Source: Vulcanimicrobiota bacterium
Lineage (GTDB): Bacteria; Vulcanimicrobiota; Xenobia; Xenobiales; JADMJV01
DNA length: 64,000 nucleotides
Assembly: GCA_050250895.1 (NCBI GenBank)
Contig: JBFWNU010000012.1
Coordinates: 48,391-112,390 of the forward strand
Direction of reading: 5' to 3'
In this document: positions 20,653 through 29,368 of the stretch, in pieces
Numbering within the stretch: the stretch's first letter is position 1
Layout: the number at the start of each line of letters is the position of its first letter
Translations under genes and position numbers: made by a program
Notes under the pieces: model-generated
Told to the model about the DNA's origin: nothing
What the model saw: the letters and a program-made list of their open reading frames with translations, nothing else
Databases searched by the model: none

Positions 20653-21648
20653 GTGAAAGTGTCAGGCGATCTCTCGAAGCGGCTGCCGGGCTACAAGTCC
20701 GTCCTGGAGCGGCCCGTGGCCAAACCGCTTGACCGTTACGAACCTTCTCCTTCCATCGAGGTGCCTCTAGGGTCACCGCTGGCGGCCCTGATGGCTCGCA
20801 ACGTGGCGCTGCAGTATTATAATCCCACCGCCGACGCCCGCGCCCAGGCGAGTTACTACCAGAATCTAGACCTGGGCGAGGATGCCCGGAGCGCTTTCGA
20901 GGCCCTCAGCGATCTCGTCTGCGACACCCACCACACCCTTCTTCCCTATGAGCCGCGGGGCCACAACTGGGTGCATCTGCGACCCAACCTTCGGCTCGAG
21001 CCGATCTACGGAGATGAACCGGTGCGCGCGGACTCTCCTTTGCGACTGGGTTTGCCGGTGTTGTCCAACAAGCGCCTCAAGCGTTCACCCGAGGCTCGCG
21101 AGAAGGCTCTGTCCCGGCTCGAAGCCGAGGGCCGGCAATGGGTAGCAGCCATCGGTGCCAGCCTGGACCCGGTCAGCGCCGCGCTGCGCATCGCCGAACT
21201 CGAGGCCAGGCGCTACTTCAACGTCGAGCATGTGGTGGCCAAATACTGGTTTGACAGCAACGACATCATGAAGGGCGATCTTCACCATCTCTTCCCCGAG
21301 GTCAAAGACCGCAATAGCTTCCGCGGCAACCTTCCCCTGGGCGAGCTGGACGGGGCCGGCGACGCGCGGGACTCGGACCACTTCGAGCCGGCCGCTGGCA
21401 AGGGGGCCGTGGCCCGGGCTACTCTCTACTTTCTGCTGCGTTACCCTCGCGCCATCGGGGGCGAAGGCGAGTATACCGCCGCCGATATCGACCAGTTGCT
21501 CGAGTGGCACCGGGCCGACCCTCCGGACCTGTACGAGTTTCACCGTAACGCCGAGATCGAGAAGCTGCAGGGCAACCGGAACCCCTTCATCGATCACCCC
21601 GAATGGGCCGACCGCGTCGACTTCGGACTGGGATTGGCCCGAGGCTGA
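20653..21648 (+). CDS. Endonuclease I (EndA/Bsn) family nuclease without signal peptide
   Basis: NVEHVV, DLHHLFP..RNSFRGN, KGAVARATLYFLLRY, QGNRNPFIDHPEW. Confidence 0.85.
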   Translation: MKVSGDLSKRLPGYKSVLERPVAKPLDRYEPSPSIEVPLGSPLAALMARNVALQYYNPTADARAQASYYQNLDLGEDARSAFEALSDLVCDTHHTLLPYEPRGHNWVHLRPNLRLEPIYGDEPVRADSPLRLGLPVLSNKRLKRSPEAREKALSRLEAEGRQWVAAIGASLDPVSAALRIAELEARRYFNVEHVVAKYWFDSNDIMKGDLHHLFPEVKDRNSFRGNLPLGELDGAGDARDSDHFEPAAGKGAVARATLYFLLRYPRAIGGEGEYTAADIDQLLEWHRADPPDLYEFHRNAEIEKLQGNRNPFIDHPEWADRVDFGLGLARG

Positions 21649-21739
21649 ACTATCCGCCCGTATAGGGGGGGCAGAACCGCACGAGCGAGGTTTGCCCGGC
21701 CGTCCTCCTTTAGTCTGGTATTAGACGAAAGGAGCGCGT

Positions 21740-22258
21740 ATGTTCACCAATATTCTGATCCCTCTCGACGGGACGTCGTTCGCCGAGGCGGAGATCCATC
21801 ACGCTCTGGAACTCCTCAAGGGAGTTGAACGGGCCCGCCTGATCCTCACCATGGCGATCTCGGGACCGGCCATTCCGGCCGTGCCTCCGCTACTGGTCAA
21901 CTTCGACCAGATACAGACGGCGGCTGACCGCGAACGCCTGCAGTGCACCGTCTATCTGCAGAAATTGATGGCGGATATCAAGACCCGCCGGCCCGAACTC
22001 ACGCTTGGCTATCGCCTGGCTATGGGGACCCCTCATCAGGTGATTACCCAGGTCGCCCGCGAGGAGGCGGTGGACCTGGTCATCATGGCTTCCCACGGCC
22101 GCTCCGGCCTGGAACGTCTGTTGAGCGGCAGTATTACCGAATCGGTCGTCCGCGAACTCGAGACCGCGGTGCTGGTGGTGCATCCCGAGAAAGCCGAGCC
22201 GGGCCAGCGCTCGCCTTCCTTTGCTGCGGCTGTCCGCGATAGCGAGAGGGCCGATTAA
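21740..22258 (+). CDS. Universal stress protein
   Basis: ILIPLDGT...DLVIMASHGRSGLERLLSGSITESVVR. Confidence 0.92.
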   Translation: MFTNILIPLDGTSFAEAEIHHALELLKGVERARLILTMAISGPAIPAVPPLLVNFDQIQTAADRERLQCTVYLQKLMADIKTRRPELTLGYRLAMGTPHQVITQVAREEAVDLVIMASHGRSGLERLLSGSITESVVRELETAVLVVHPEKAEPGQRSPSFAAAVRDSERAD

Positions 22259-23130
22259 TGGAAGCCCTGCAAATCGTTTTCGACAGCGTCACCAACATGG
22301 GCAAGGCCTTTCTGGCCACCCTTCCCAAGTTGCTCATCGCTCTTGGAGTGGTGTGTTTCACCTGGCTGGTCGTCCGCCTGGCCACTCGCGCCATGGAAAA
22401 GGCCATGGACAAGGTCAAGATGCGAGACTCACTGCAAGACCTGTTCAAGAAGTTGGCTGGCGGGCTAATCTGGTCCATCGGTCTGATGTTGGCCGGTTCG
22501 GTGGTCTTCCCCGAACTCACGCCAGCGAAGATCCTCACGGTCCTGGGTCTTGGTTCGGTGGCCATCGGTTTCGCCTTCAAGGACGTGTTCGAAAACTTCC
22601 TGGCCGGGGTTTTAATCCTGCTGCGCGAGCCTTTCCGCCTGGGAGATTTTATCGAGGTCGACGGCTACGTCGGCAAGGTCGAGGAGGTTACCATCCGCGA
22701 TACTCACGTGCGCCAGTCGGACGGGCAGCGCGTGGTGTTGCCGAACGCCATGCTGTTCAAGAACGCGGTCACCGTCATCACCGACCTGCCTGTGCGCCGG
22801 ACTACCATTACCTGCGGGGTCGGCTATGGCGAGGACGTGGCTAAAGCTCGCCAGGTCATCATGGACGCCGTTCAGGCTTGTGATCAGGTGCTTGACGATC
22901 GGCCCGTGCAGATTTATGCCAGGGAATTCGGCTCGAGCAGCATCGACTTCGAGGTGACCTGGTGGACCCAATCGCCGCCTGGCGCCATTCGTAAGTCGCG
23001 CGACCAGGTTGTCGAGAAAGTCAAGCGGGCGCTTGACGCGGCCAACATAGAGATCCCTTTCCCTTACCGCACTCTCACCTTCGCCGAAGGACTCGAACTC
23101 GCCAAACCGCGAGAGATGGTGAGGAACTAG
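22258..23130 (+). CDS. Small-conductance mechanosensitive channel (MscS family)
   Basis: GLGSVAIGFAFKD, ENFLAG, PFRLGDFIEV, IEIPFP. Confidence 0.92.
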   Translation: MEALQIVFDSVTNMGKAFLATLPKLLIALGVVCFTWLVVRLATRAMEKAMDKVKMRDSLQDLFKKLAGGLIWSIGLMLAGSVVFPELTPAKILTVLGLGSVAIGFAFKDVFENFLAGVLILLREPFRLGDFIEVDGYVGKVEEVTIRDTHVRQSDGQRVVLPNAMLFKNAVTVITDLPVRRTTITCGVGYGEDVAKARQVIMDAVQACDQVLDDRPVQIYAREFGSSSIDFEVTWWTQSPPGAIRKSRDQVVEKVKRALDAANIEIPFPYRTLTFAEGLELAKPREMVRN

Positions 23131-23514
23131 GTGGGGCGACCGTCCATCCAGATGGTGGTCGTGCCGCTCGAAGACTCTCCCGACATGGCCGATGTGGTGC
23201 GCCAGGCAGCCGGATTCGCGGCGGTGTTCGGGGCCCGCGTGGGACTGGTCCAAGCGACGGCGGAGTCTTTGTCCCACGCCACTGATCGCTATCTCGAAGC
23301 GGCCCGGGCAGAAGGCTGTTCGGCCGAGGTTCACCGCTGTGACGCAGAGATCGCCACGGCCACCCTGAGAACCATCGAAGCCACTTCGGCCGACCTGCTC
23401 GTGCTCAATCGGTTGGGCTCTCTGGTCGAGAGACTGACCCATCATAGCCATTTGACGATTTTGCTGGTCAACCCCCGGGTTCGACCAGCCCAAGCCCAGG
23501 CCCGTGGGGCCTGA
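23131..23514 (+). CDS. Degenerate universal stress protein
   Basis: VVVPLEDS...ADLLVL...SLVERLTHHSHLTILLV. Confidence 0.6.
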   Translation: MGRPSIQMVVVPLEDSPDMADVVRQAAGFAAVFGARVGLVQATAESLSHATDRYLEAARAEGCSAEVHRCDAEIATATLRTIEATSADLLVLNRLGSLVERLTHHSHLTILLVNPRVRPAQAQARGA

Positions 23515-23540
23515 AACAAAAGTTTCCTAAGGAGGAACCT

Positions 23541-24128
23541 ATGACTAAGAAAACCCCAATTATGATCAAAGAGACGATCTACGCTCGCTTTAGCGACGTG
23601 GAAATGGCCAAGAAGGCTATCGGCGCCCTGCTCGATACGGGACTCGAACCCGAACTCATTTCGCTGGTGACGAAGAACTCGGTGAAGCCCGAGAAAGTCG
23701 AAGACGCCGAGGAAGTCAAGCAGAGCGCGGCTAAAGGCGTGACCACCACCACCCCCGAGGACGCTGGAGAAGGCGCCGCCAAGGGCGCGCTGATCGGCCT
23801 CGGCCTGGGTGAGCTAGCTTTGATAGCCACTCTATTCATTCCCGGCGTGGGCTTCGTCACCGGTGGCGGAGCTCTGGTTACCGCTCTAGGGGCGGCCGTT
23901 GGAACCGCCGCAGCCGGAGCCGTAACCGGTGGCGTGGTGGGCTACCTGCGTGAGCAGGGGGTCCCATCTGACATCGCCAGCGATTACGAACGGGCCATCG
24001 AAGAGGGCGGCGCCATGTTGGCCATCGATATTCCCGACGAGCCCGAACTTCGGACCGCCAACGTCGTTCGACTGCTGCAGAAATACGATGCCGACAAGGT
24101 CGGCAACTACGCGGCTGCTATCAAGTAA
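23541..24128 (+). CDS. General stress-type membrane protein with glycine-zipper hairpin
   Basis: SD AAGGAGG; GAAKGALIGLGLG...IPGVGFVTGGG, YERAIEEGGAML. Confidence 0.75.
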   Translation: MTKKTPIMIKETIYARFSDVEMAKKAIGALLDTGLEPELISLVTKNSVKPEKVEDAEEVKQSAAKGVTTTTPEDAGEGAAKGALIGLGLGELALIATLFIPGVGFVTGGGALVTALGAAVGTAAAGAVTGGVVGYLREQGVPSDIASDYERAIEEGGAMLAIDIPDEPELRTANVVRLLQKYDADKVGNYAAAIK

Positions 24129-24140
24129 AGGAGGGCGCCA

Positions 24141-25214
24141 ATGCTCAATTTGACCATGAAGCGGATCGAGGAGCTTAATCGCCCTCAAACCGAGGTTTGT
24201 ATCTCACTCTACTGTCCCCTCGAGCGCGGCGATGAGGGGCGCCAGAACCCCATCCGGCTAAAAAACCTGCGAGCCAGAGCCCGCAAGTTGATCGAAGGGG
24301 CCGGCCATGACCCGGCCCTGGCCGAAAACTGGCTCGAACCCATCGATGATTTGCTCGACCGCAATCCTCGGGTGAGCGGTGTGGCCGGCAGCCTGGCCTT
24401 CTTTCTAGGCGGCTCCGAGCCCCGCACTCTGGTGGTGCCCGGCTCGGTGCCGGAAGAGGTCCGCCTCGGTTCCAGCTTCTGGCTGGCGCCGTTGCTGGAG
24501 GCGGCCGACCGCACCTGGCGTTATCTGGCCGTCACCATCAGCCAGAACCAGGTCCGGCTGTTCTTCGGCGATCCCTATCACGTCCAGCAAGTCGACCCGC
24601 CCAAAGGCATGCCGACCAGCCTGGACGAGGTGATCGTGTGGGAGAAATCTGCCGGTCTTAACACTGGCCAACTCTACTCTAATCGACCCTCCAGTAGCCC
24701 GGTGGGCAGTGCCCACGGACGCAATCCGAGCGGCCATGTTCACGAAGAGTTTCTGGCCCGCTTCCTGAGACAGGTGGCGCGAGGACTGGAAGAGATGCTG
24801 GCCCATAGCGTGGTTCCCGTGGTGCTGGTTGGGGTCAAAGAACTGACCGCAGCCCTGGTGGAGGAACTGGAACTGGAGACACCGGTTCTCGAGGTGCATG
24901 GCAACTTCGACCATAAGGGACCAGAGGGGATCCACAGCCTGGTGTGGGAACCCGTGCGGCGCCTGGCCGACGAGCGTCAAGACGAGTTGCGTCGCTTGCT
25001 CGACGAGACCCCGCCCAACTTGTTGGCCACCCGCCTGGACGAGCTGAGCGAGGCGGCCCAGCAGGGTCGGATAGAACGCATGCTGGTAGCGCGAGGCTGC
25101 CATCAAGACTCGGTCGAGGCAAGCGCCCTGCAGACGCTCAAGCACTCTGGGGAGGTCTCGTTCGTCGAACCAGATGCGCTGGCTACGCCGGCGGTAGCCA
25201 TTCTGCGGTACTAG
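24141..25214 (+). CDS. Bacterial archaeo-eukaryotic release factor (baeRF1) family protein
   Basis: CISLYCP, NPIRLKNL, PVVLVG, HGNFDH, AAQQGRIERMLV, AILRY C-terminus. Confidence 0.75.
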   Translation: MLNLTMKRIEELNRPQTEVCISLYCPLERGDEGRQNPIRLKNLRARARKLIEGAGHDPALAENWLEPIDDLLDRNPRVSGVAGSLAFFLGGSEPRTLVVPGSVPEEVRLGSSFWLAPLLEAADRTWRYLAVTISQNQVRLFFGDPYHVQQVDPPKGMPTSLDEVIVWEKSAGLNTGQLYSNRPSSSPVGSAHGRNPSGHVHEEFLARFLRQVARGLEEMLAHSVVPVVLVGVKELTAALVEELELETPVLEVHGNFDHKGPEGIHSLVWEPVRRLADERQDELRRLLDETPPNLLATRLDELSEAAQQGRIERMLVARGCHQDSVEASALQTLKHSGEVSFVEPDALATPAVAILRY

Positions 25215-26738
25215 GTGACCGCCCAGATTTGGCTGGTCGCATGTATCCTGCTGGTGGGCTTGATTTTGCTCATCACGGACCTGCTGCGAGCCGATCTGGT
25301 GGCTCTGCTCATCATGAGCGCCGTCATGGTGACCGGCCTGGCGACGCCCGGCGAAGCCCTGGCAGGGTTTGCCAATCCCGCCACCATCACGGTGGCGGGA
25401 ATGTTCATTTTAAGCGCCGGACTGGATAGCACCGGCGCGCTGGGGCCACTTTGCCGTCTGGTCACCGGCTGGGTCCGAGAACGCGGTCCCCGTATGGCCT
25501 TGCTCCCCGTCCTGTTGCTGGTGGGCTTTCTGTCGGCCTTTATCAACAACACCGCGGCGGTGGCGATCTTTCTTCCCATTATCATGGTGGCCACTCAAAA
25601 TGTCCCTCGTAGCCCCTCCAAGTTTCTCATGCCGCTTTCGTTCGTGGCCATGTTGGGAGGGCTGGTCACCTTGATCGGCACCAGCACCAACCTGCTGGTT
25701 GACGGTATCGCTCGCCAACACGGAGTGGCGCCGTTCGGTCTGTTTGACTTCGCGCCCCTGGGCCTGGTGATGCTGGCGGCGGGTATGGTCTATCTGGTCA
25801 CCATCGGTTACGGCCTGGTACCCGAGCGGCGCCATCCCCGTACCCTGGGGGACGAGTTCGGTCTGGAACCACATTCCGAGGACGGCGACACCGTGCTGGT
25901 CGAGGCGGGTATCGCCTCGCCCATGGAAGGGACGACCCTCGACCGAGAGGGTATCGAGCGGCGCTTTGGAGCTCGGGCTCTGGCCGTTCGCCGGCAAGGC
26001 AGAACCCGCTACCAGGGCCTGGGCGAAGTGCCACTCAAGGGCGGTGACACCGTGCTCTTCCGGGTCCTCAAGGATCACCTGGCGAACCTTCGCCAGAGTC
26101 CCATGTTTCTTCTGCTCTCGGACCACCAATCGCCGTCGCAAAACAGTCGAGCGAGGCCCTGGGTGGCGGGCGCCATCCTGGTGCTGGTAGTGTTGTTAGC
26201 GGCCGCCGAGCTCTTGCCCATCGTGGTTTGCGCCACCGTGGGAGCTCTGGCCATGGTGCTCACGGGTTGTCTGCGGGCCGACGAAGCCTATCGAGCCGTC
26301 GACTGGAAGGTCATCACCTTGCTGGCCGGAATGTTGAGTCTCGACGCCGCTCTCGAATCGACCGGAGCGACGGCCCTGCTGGCTCACCACGCTCTCGCCT
26401 GGCTACAGTCCTGCGGGCCTCGCACGATCCTGGCTATTCTCTATGTGATGGGCACGCTGCTCACGGCCGTTTTGTCAAACAACGCCACCGCCGTGCTGCT
26501 GGCCCCGCTGGCCATCACCATCGCCGACCAACTGTCGTTGGACCCCAGGCCCTTCCTGGTGGCAGTAGCGTTCTCGGCCTCAGCCTGCTTTTCTAGTCCA
26601 CTAGGCTATCAGACCAACCTCATGATCTACGGACCGGGACGCTTTACGTTCCTCGACTTCGTCCGGGTAGGTTTGCCTCTGAACCTGATTCTGCTGGGAT
26701 TGTCGGTCTGGCTGATTCCGGTCACATTTCCGTTCTAG
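25215..26738 (+). CDS. SLC13/CitMHS-type permease with TrkA-C domain
   Basis: SAFINNT, TLIGTSTNLLV, LSNNATAVL, GYQTNLMIYGPG. Confidence 0.88.
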   Translation: MTAQIWLVACILLVGLILLITDLLRADLVALLIMSAVMVTGLATPGEALAGFANPATITVAGMFILSAGLDSTGALGPLCRLVTGWVRERGPRMALLPVLLLVGFLSAFINNTAAVAIFLPIIMVATQNVPRSPSKFLMPLSFVAMLGGLVTLIGTSTNLLVDGIARQHGVAPFGLFDFAPLGLVMLAAGMVYLVTIGYGLVPERRHPRTLGDEFGLEPHSEDGDTVLVEAGIASPMEGTTLDREGIERRFGARALAVRRQGRTRYQGLGEVPLKGGDTVLFRVLKDHLANLRQSPMFLLLSDHQSPSQNSRARPWVAGAILVLVVLLAAAELLPIVVCATVGALAMVLTGCLRADEAYRAVDWKVITLLAGMLSLDAALESTGATALLAHHALAWLQSCGPRTILAILYVMGTLLTAVLSNNATAVLLAPLAITIADQLSLDPRPFLVAVAFSASACFSSPLGYQTNLMIYGPGRFTFLDFVRVGLPLNLILLGLSVWLIPVTFPF

Positions 26739-28594
26739 GCGTACATCGCCTCGATGATCTCCGCGAAGCGTTCATTGACCACGCGGCGTTTGACCTTCAG
26801 CGTGGGGGTGAGTTCGCCCGTGTCCTGGCTGAGTTCTTTCGGCAGGATCGCGATCTTCTTGACCTGTTCGTAACCAGAGAACTCCTCGCAGGTGCGCTGG
26901 CACTCTTTCATCAGCAGCGTCACCAGTTTGTCGTCCTTGACCATCTCTTCAGGCTTGGTCGACACGCCGTTCTCGGCGGCCCAGCCCTGGAGCGACTCGA
27001 AGCTGGGCACGACCAGGGCGGCGATGAATTTGCGGTTGTCGCCGATAAGAACGGCCTGCTCGATATACTTGCTGGACTTGATGGCCTGCTCGATCGGCTG
27101 GGGGGCCACGTTCTTGCCGTTAGACATCACCAGGATCTCTTTCTTGCGGTCGGTGATGCGCAGGTAGTTGTCCGCGTCGAACTCGCCGATGTCGCCGGTG
27201 TGGAACCAGCCCTCGGGGTTGATCGATTCTTTGGTGGCGTCAGGTTTGTTGAAGTAGCCTCGCATCACGTGCGGGCCGCGGGTGAGGATTTCGCCATCGT
27301 CGGCGATCTTGACCTCGACGTGCGAGATCAGTTTGCCGACGGTGCCCATCTTGGGGTGGGAAGGCGGATTCATGGTGATGACCGGGCTGGTCTCGGTGAG
27401 GCCGTAGCCTTCGATGAGGTTAAAGCCGGCCGATAGGAAGAATTCGCCCACATCGGCCCGTAAAGGGGCGCCCCCCGAGACGAACAGGCGAATGTTGCCG
27501 CCGGTGCGGGCGTGGATTTTGGACAAAACGAGTTTGTGAGCCAGCTTGTATTTAAGCTTGAGCCCGCCGGGAACCGGCCCCTTCACGCGCGCCTCGAAAT
27601 AGGCTTTGCCGACCTTGATAGCCCAGTAGAACATGCGGCGCTTCATGTTGAGGTCTTCTTGCACCTTGGCCAGGATGCCGGCGTGGATTTTTTCGAACAG
27701 TCGCGGCACGCTGGGCACGATGTGAGGACGCACCTCGACGAGATTGTCGCGCACCGTATCGATGCTCTCGGCGTAGGCAATGGTGGCGCCCGCCCCGGTC
27801 ATGGCATAGTAGACCACCCGTTCGAACACGTGCGACAGAGGCAAGAACGACAGTTCGACATCGCCCGGACGCACGTCGATATGCGGCAGCACCGAGGTAC
27901 AGTTCGACACGAAATTGCCGTGCATCAGCATGGCGCCCTTGGGGTCGCCGGTGGTGCCTGAGGTATAGACCAGGCTGCACACGTCGGTGGCTTCGATCGC
28001 GCTGATGCGCTTTTCCAGCTCGTCCTTGAACTTGTCGTCGTTCTCTTTGCCATAGTCGAGAAACTCTTGCCAATCCCATAGCTTCTTCTGGCTGGTGCTC
28101 TTGCCCTTGGGGGCGATGGTTACGATGTGCTCGAGAGCCGGGAGATTCTGTTCGACCGAGAGGATGTCCTTGAGATGGCTCTCGGTAGCAGCCACCACCA
28201 CCCGAGCACCTGAATCTTTGAGGATGTATTCGATGGCGTCGTCGGATAGGGTCGGATAAAGAGGAGCGTTCACGCAAGCGGCGTGCATGATGCCCAGGTC
28301 AGAGATGACCCACTCAGGGCGATTATTGGAGATGAGCCCAACCCGGTCCTTGGGTTCGAGGCCGACGGCCAGCAAAGCGCAGGCGAGGTGATGCACCTTC
28401 TCCTGGACCTGTTTATAGGTCTGGTAGGTGTAGGTGTCCCCTTTTTTCTCGCCCAGGAAGCGTTCGTTGGGGTGCTTGGCCACGGTCGCCCGAAACAACT
28501 CGGGGATGGTCTTGATGGCGGCCTGTTCGGCCCATTTGGCGACCGGCTCGGCGTTATACGAGGATTCGAAGGCAGAAGCCATGGTGTGACTCAC
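26735..28594 (-). CDS. Long-chain fatty acid-CoA ligase
   Basis: YTSGTTGDPKG, LPLSHVFE, GYGLTETSP, TGDIG, ELTPTLK. Confidence 0.92.
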   Translation of the reverse strand: MSHTMASAFESSYNAEPVAKWAEQAAIKTIPELFRATVAKHPNERFLGEKKGDTYTYQTYKQVQEKVHHLACALLAVGLEPKDRVGLISNNRPEWVISDLGIMHAACVNAPLYPTLSDDAIEYILKDSGARVVVAATESHLKDILSVEQNLPALEHIVTIAPKGKSTSQKKLWDWQEFLDYGKENDDKFKDELEKRISAIEATDVCSLVYTSGTTGDPKGAMLMHGNFVSNCTSVLPHIDVRPGDVELSFLPLSHVFERVVYYAMTGAGATIAYAESIDTVRDNLVEVRPHIVPSVPRLFEKIHAGILAKVQEDLNMKRRMFYWAIKVGKAYFEARVKGPVPGGLKLKYKLAHKLVLSKIHARTGGNIRLFVSGGAPLRADVGEFFLSAGFNLIEGYGLTETSPVITMNPPSHPKMGTVGKLISHVEVKIADDGEILTRGPHVMRGYFNKPDATKESINPEGWFHTGDIGEFDADNYLRITDRKKEILVMSNGKNVAPQPIEQAIKSSKYIEQAVLIGDNRKFIAALVVPSFESLQGWAAENGVSTKPEEMVKDDKLVTLLMKECQRTCEEFSGYEQVKKIAILPKELSQDTGELTPTLKVKRRVVNERFAEIIEAMYA

Positions 28595-28602
28595 TTTCTA
28601 TT

Positions 28603-29256
28603 TCAGCTCAACTTTCGGAATTTGAAGGCCACCCGGCCAAAACAGACTTCGTCTTGATCTTCGAGGGTCTTCTGCAAGCCTTTTTCGAGCTTGGCCCCGT
28701 TGACGTAAGTTCCATTGCTGCTGCCGTGGTCCTCGAGGACCACGAACGTGCTGTCCCGTAAGATGACGGCGTGGCGTCTGGAGACTGACCCTGCGCTGTC
28801 GTAGGGCGTCAGATCGACCTCGGGCTCGATGCCGTCGGCGCGACTGAGACGGCCTACTTCATTCCGGTCGACACGCAGTTCGATCGGAGACCCTCCCTCG
28901 CAGGGCTCAAGTCTGGCAAAAGCTTTGGGTGGAGGCGGCGGGGCCGGCGGCGGTGGGGGAGCAGGAGCTGGACGCGCCTGGGGTCGAGGCGGGGGGGCGG
29001 CGGCCCGTGGGGGAGGGGCCGCCTGGCGCGGTGGCGCGGCCGGCGCGGGACGCGCCGGAGCGGGGGCCGGCGCAGGCGCTGCCGTGGGTCGTGGGGCCGG
29101 CATGGGAGGGATGGAAGGCCTGGGCGGGGGCGCCGGCCGAGGGGGCGGTGACGAGGCGAGCGCCTTCAATTTGGCAGCCTTCTTGAGATCGAATCCGCAT
29201 TTTTCGCAAAAGTTCGAGCCGTGAAGGTTTTGGTAGGAACAGTTAGGGCATTCCAT
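28603..29256 (-). CDS. Zinc-ribbon / Pro-rich linker / FHA domain protein
   Basis: CPNC..CEKC, a Pro/Ala linker, and FHA motifs VGR, VSRRHA, SSNGTYVNG. Confidence 0.9.
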   Translation of the reverse strand: MECPNCSYQNLHGSNFCEKCGFDLKKAAKLKALASSPPPRPAPPPRPSIPPMPAPRPTAAPAPAPAPARPAPAAPPRQAAPPPRAAAPPPRPQARPAPAPPPPPAPPPPPKAFARLEPCEGGSPIELRVDRNEVGRLSRADGIEPEVDLTPYDSAGSVSRRHAVILRDSTFVVLEDHGSSNGTYVNGAKLEKGLQKTLEDQDEVCFGRVAFKFRKLS

Positions 29257-29368
29257 CTGATGACGCCTCCCGCAGGCCTGTTCTCCGCCAGGCTTTTCGC
29301 TCCTTCTAAAGGCTTTGACGGCCGGTCACCGCGGTGCTATGATGGGTGGGTTTTTTGGAGGAGTTTTT

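Noticed and set aside
19802-21648. Methyltransferase plus nuclease as a restriction-modification pair
   Set aside because: The nuclease is of the non-specific EndA type and has its own promoter motif between the two genes.
28920-29160. Very GC-rich low-complexity stretch
   Set aside because: Explained by the Pro/Ala linker of the FHA protein.
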